From Tubiluchus corallicola (Eukaryota; Animalia; Priapulida), in NCBI GenBank assembly GCA_030141605.1, contig JAQGDQ010000319.1, positions 1-64,000 on the forward strand: a DNA stretch of 64,000 nucleotides. The letters are read 5' to 3'. Positions 61,685-64,000 of the stretch are shown here, piece after piece (positions within the stretch are counted from its first letter, which is position 1; every line of letters starts with the position of its first letter). A model generated the notes under the pieces. It was not told where the DNA came from. It saw nothing but the letters and a program-made list of their open reading frames with translations, and made no database searches. Made by a program: the position numbers and the translations under genes.

Positions 61685-61841
61685 TCACGTTTTTGGGCAA
61701 ACATGTAGGTGAGTTGATATATGTTAATACTAATAATCAAACTTTGAAATCTTTTGTAAAGGTAAAACAACAATGGCTGCTAAATAGACAGGAAATGGTT
61801 TGCTCACAATGTCTGCAACTTAAATACGTTTCATTTTTCAG

Positions 61842-62017
61842 CGAAGCCTCAAAAACTGAAGATTTCACCTATCGGTAAAGATCCTCATCCGTACACCCCG
61901 CCCCCTTCTCCTACTCGTCATGGTGATGATCCGGCAGCAGAGGGCGAGGCATTGGTCCACATCAATGTGCGATTGGTCGATAAGCGTCATTGTCAGTTCA
62001 CTACTAGCTATAATTCG
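61842..62017 (+). CDS. VPS13D: VPS13D exon
   Basis: tttcag|..|gtatgt, phase 1/0; ...PYTPPPSPT...ALVHINVRLVDKRHCQFTTSYNS. Confidence 0.9.
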
Positions 62018-62514
62018 GTATGTAAATTCTCTTCCTAGCTGATGATAGGACTGCTTAATAAAAGCAAAATAGGAATTTTAAATAAATCTAGTATTTTTTA
62101 TATGAGTGACAATTTTTTAGAGAAAAATTGCTTCTTAGCATGTATATCTCGATGCGATGTGAATTTTAATTCAAGCACTTTTTTTTTTTTTACGAAAACA
62201 CCAAACAACAATACCATATAGCAAAATACATTATGATAACATGGTATGCATAGTTACATTAATTTCATAATAAAATCGAGCTGACATGATGCCTATATAA
62301 ATTGTTGGTTGCATTATAGTCAGAAGCATTACTTGTGTGACTATAAAGCAGTTAATGGTGCTGATGCTAGGGTGCAAAAAAGGGAAGGTTGAAATGATAG
62401 AATGATAGTAGAGAGTGCAGGCGATGAGAATTAGTAGGATTAGGTTAGTGAAATGATGTGAATGAGAATGAATATGAGATTGCTATTAGGATATCACAAA
62501 AATGTATCAACATT

Positions 62515-62680
62515 TATGAACAGAAGTACACTATGTGCCAGTCTATGAACAGAAGTACACTGTGTGCCAGTCTATGAACAGAAGTACACTATGTGCCAGT
62601 CTATGAACAGAAATACACTATGTGCCAGTCCATGAACAGAAGTACACTATGTGCCAGTCTATGAACAGGAGTACACTAAG
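62515..62680. repeat. 29-bp minisatellite, about 6 copies
   Basis: Unit TATGAACAGAAGTACACTATGTGCCAGTC. Confidence 0.9.
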
Positions 62681-62794
62681 AGTCGGTCTGTCGCTTACCG
62701 TGAATGTGTAAAGTGTATGATCTTCTTAGACGTTTTCAAACAAGGTAGTCTTGAAATTAAGATTATAAATACCTGAAATCTGTATTCGTTTCAG

Positions 62795-62975
62795 ACAAAC
62801 CGATTTGCTGAAATAGATTTCAATTTCCTGGAGACGAAAATCAACCTTCAGACGTGGGTGATGCTGTTAGACTTCTTAGGAATGGGAGCTAAGATTGCTA
62901 CTATGAGTAATGAGACAGAGAAGCCAGACAGTGTGAGACGGAGTCCTTCAAAACTTTACACTTTTTTTAACACAG
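62795..62975 (+). CDS. VPS13D: VPS13D exon (donor at 62975 or 62991; gene continues beyond the window)
   Basis: tttcag|TNRFAEIDFNFLETKINLQTWVMLLDFLGMG... Confidence 0.88.
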
Positions 62976-63037
62976 GTATCAATGAAACTAAGTAAGATGT
63001 GTATTTTTTGTAATGCTCATTTCGTTTCAGTGTTTTA

Positions 63038-63038
63038 G

Positions 63039-63070
<32 letters not shown>

Positions 63071-63192
63071 ATTGCTGTTGCTGTTGTTGTTGTTGTTGTT
63101 GTTGTTGTTGCTGTTGCTGTTGCTGTTGTTGTTGTTGTTGCTGTTGTTGTTGTTGTTGCTGTTGTTGTTGTTGTTGTTCTTGTTGCTGTTGC

Positions 63193-63229
<37 letters not shown>

Positions 63230-63482
63230 ATTGCTGTTGTTGCTGTTGTTCTTGTTGCTGTTGTTGTTGTTGTTGTTGTTGCTGTTGTTGTTGCTGTTGT
63301 TCTTGTTGCTGTTGTTGTTGTTGTTGTTGTTGCTTCTGTTGTTGTTGCTGTTGCTGTTGTATTTTCTGCTATGCTGTTGTGCATGTGCTTTTTAACTTGT
63401 AATTTGTAACTTTCTGTTACCTCTGGAGAACCTATTGCTGGTTTCACATAAGAAGTTACGGACAAAGTTGAGGAAAAGTTTT
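63038..63482 (-). repeat. Second copy of the (GTT)n-linked ~120-bp dispersed repeat
   Basis: GTATTTTCTGCTATGCTG...CTCTGGAGAACCTATTGCTGGTTTCACATAAGAAGTTACG matches 41114-41230. Confidence 0.85.
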
Positions 63483-63919
63483 CATCGTGCAGTGGCCACC
63501 GCTTAATAGATTCAATCGCTTAATTGACTCAAAAACACCTGGTACGGACCAGTTCTTTTCAAATGTACATAAAACTGTCGGTAATTGACTCAAATAACTC
63601 CGCCTAATTGACTCAATATTTTTGCTTCACGTGCTTCAATAAGACACTTTTGTGTGACAAATAAGCTTTTGTGATTTTTATATCATCTTAGTTCACTTTT
63701 GTCCTTTTCTATACATAGAAACAATCATGTTAAGTACCACTTTGTTTGTAAGCAGGAATGTTTATCATACGCTAATTATGCTAGCCTAATGGTTTGCTTT
63801 AACCCGCCCCTGATGTTAAACATTTAATCATTTGCTTAGCGGTTTGCTTTTGAAGTGCGTGAAAGTGTCTTTGGCAGAAAGTTTCAGCAGTTATATGCTG
63901 CTGTTATGCCAGAGACGCA

Positions 63920-63977
63920 GACACAGGTACAGGTACAGGTATAGGTACAGGTACAGGTACAGGTACAGGTACAGTAC
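63920..63977. repeat. (GGTACA)n hexanucleotide repeat
   Basis: Directly visible. Confidence 0.9.
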
Positions 63978-64000
63978 AACAACAGATTTCCAATGTTTTT

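Overview
AT-rich, microsatellite-dense animal (invertebrate-type) genomic DNA with one N gap. The window holds the N-terminal part of a multi-exon VPS13D gene on the + strand; I traced 21 phase-consistent exons from 1451 to about 62975. Its 29-kb intron (1677-30817) hosts, on the opposite strand, a tandem array of seven compact ionotropic glutamate receptor/IR-like genes with intronless coding regions and no amino-terminal domain (5 intact, 2 frameshifted). The copies are mosaic and differ at predicted ligand-binding positions. The VPS13D exon expected just upstream of 1451 is present on the opposite strand (283-381). Introns also contain a near-complete piggyBac transposon, a 5S-headed SINE inserted in a palindromic MITE, an RTE derivative with a twister-ribozyme-like 5' end, several MITEs (two of which seeded satellites from their termini), and many mini- and microsatellites. 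Family assignments come from recalled motifs, not database searches.
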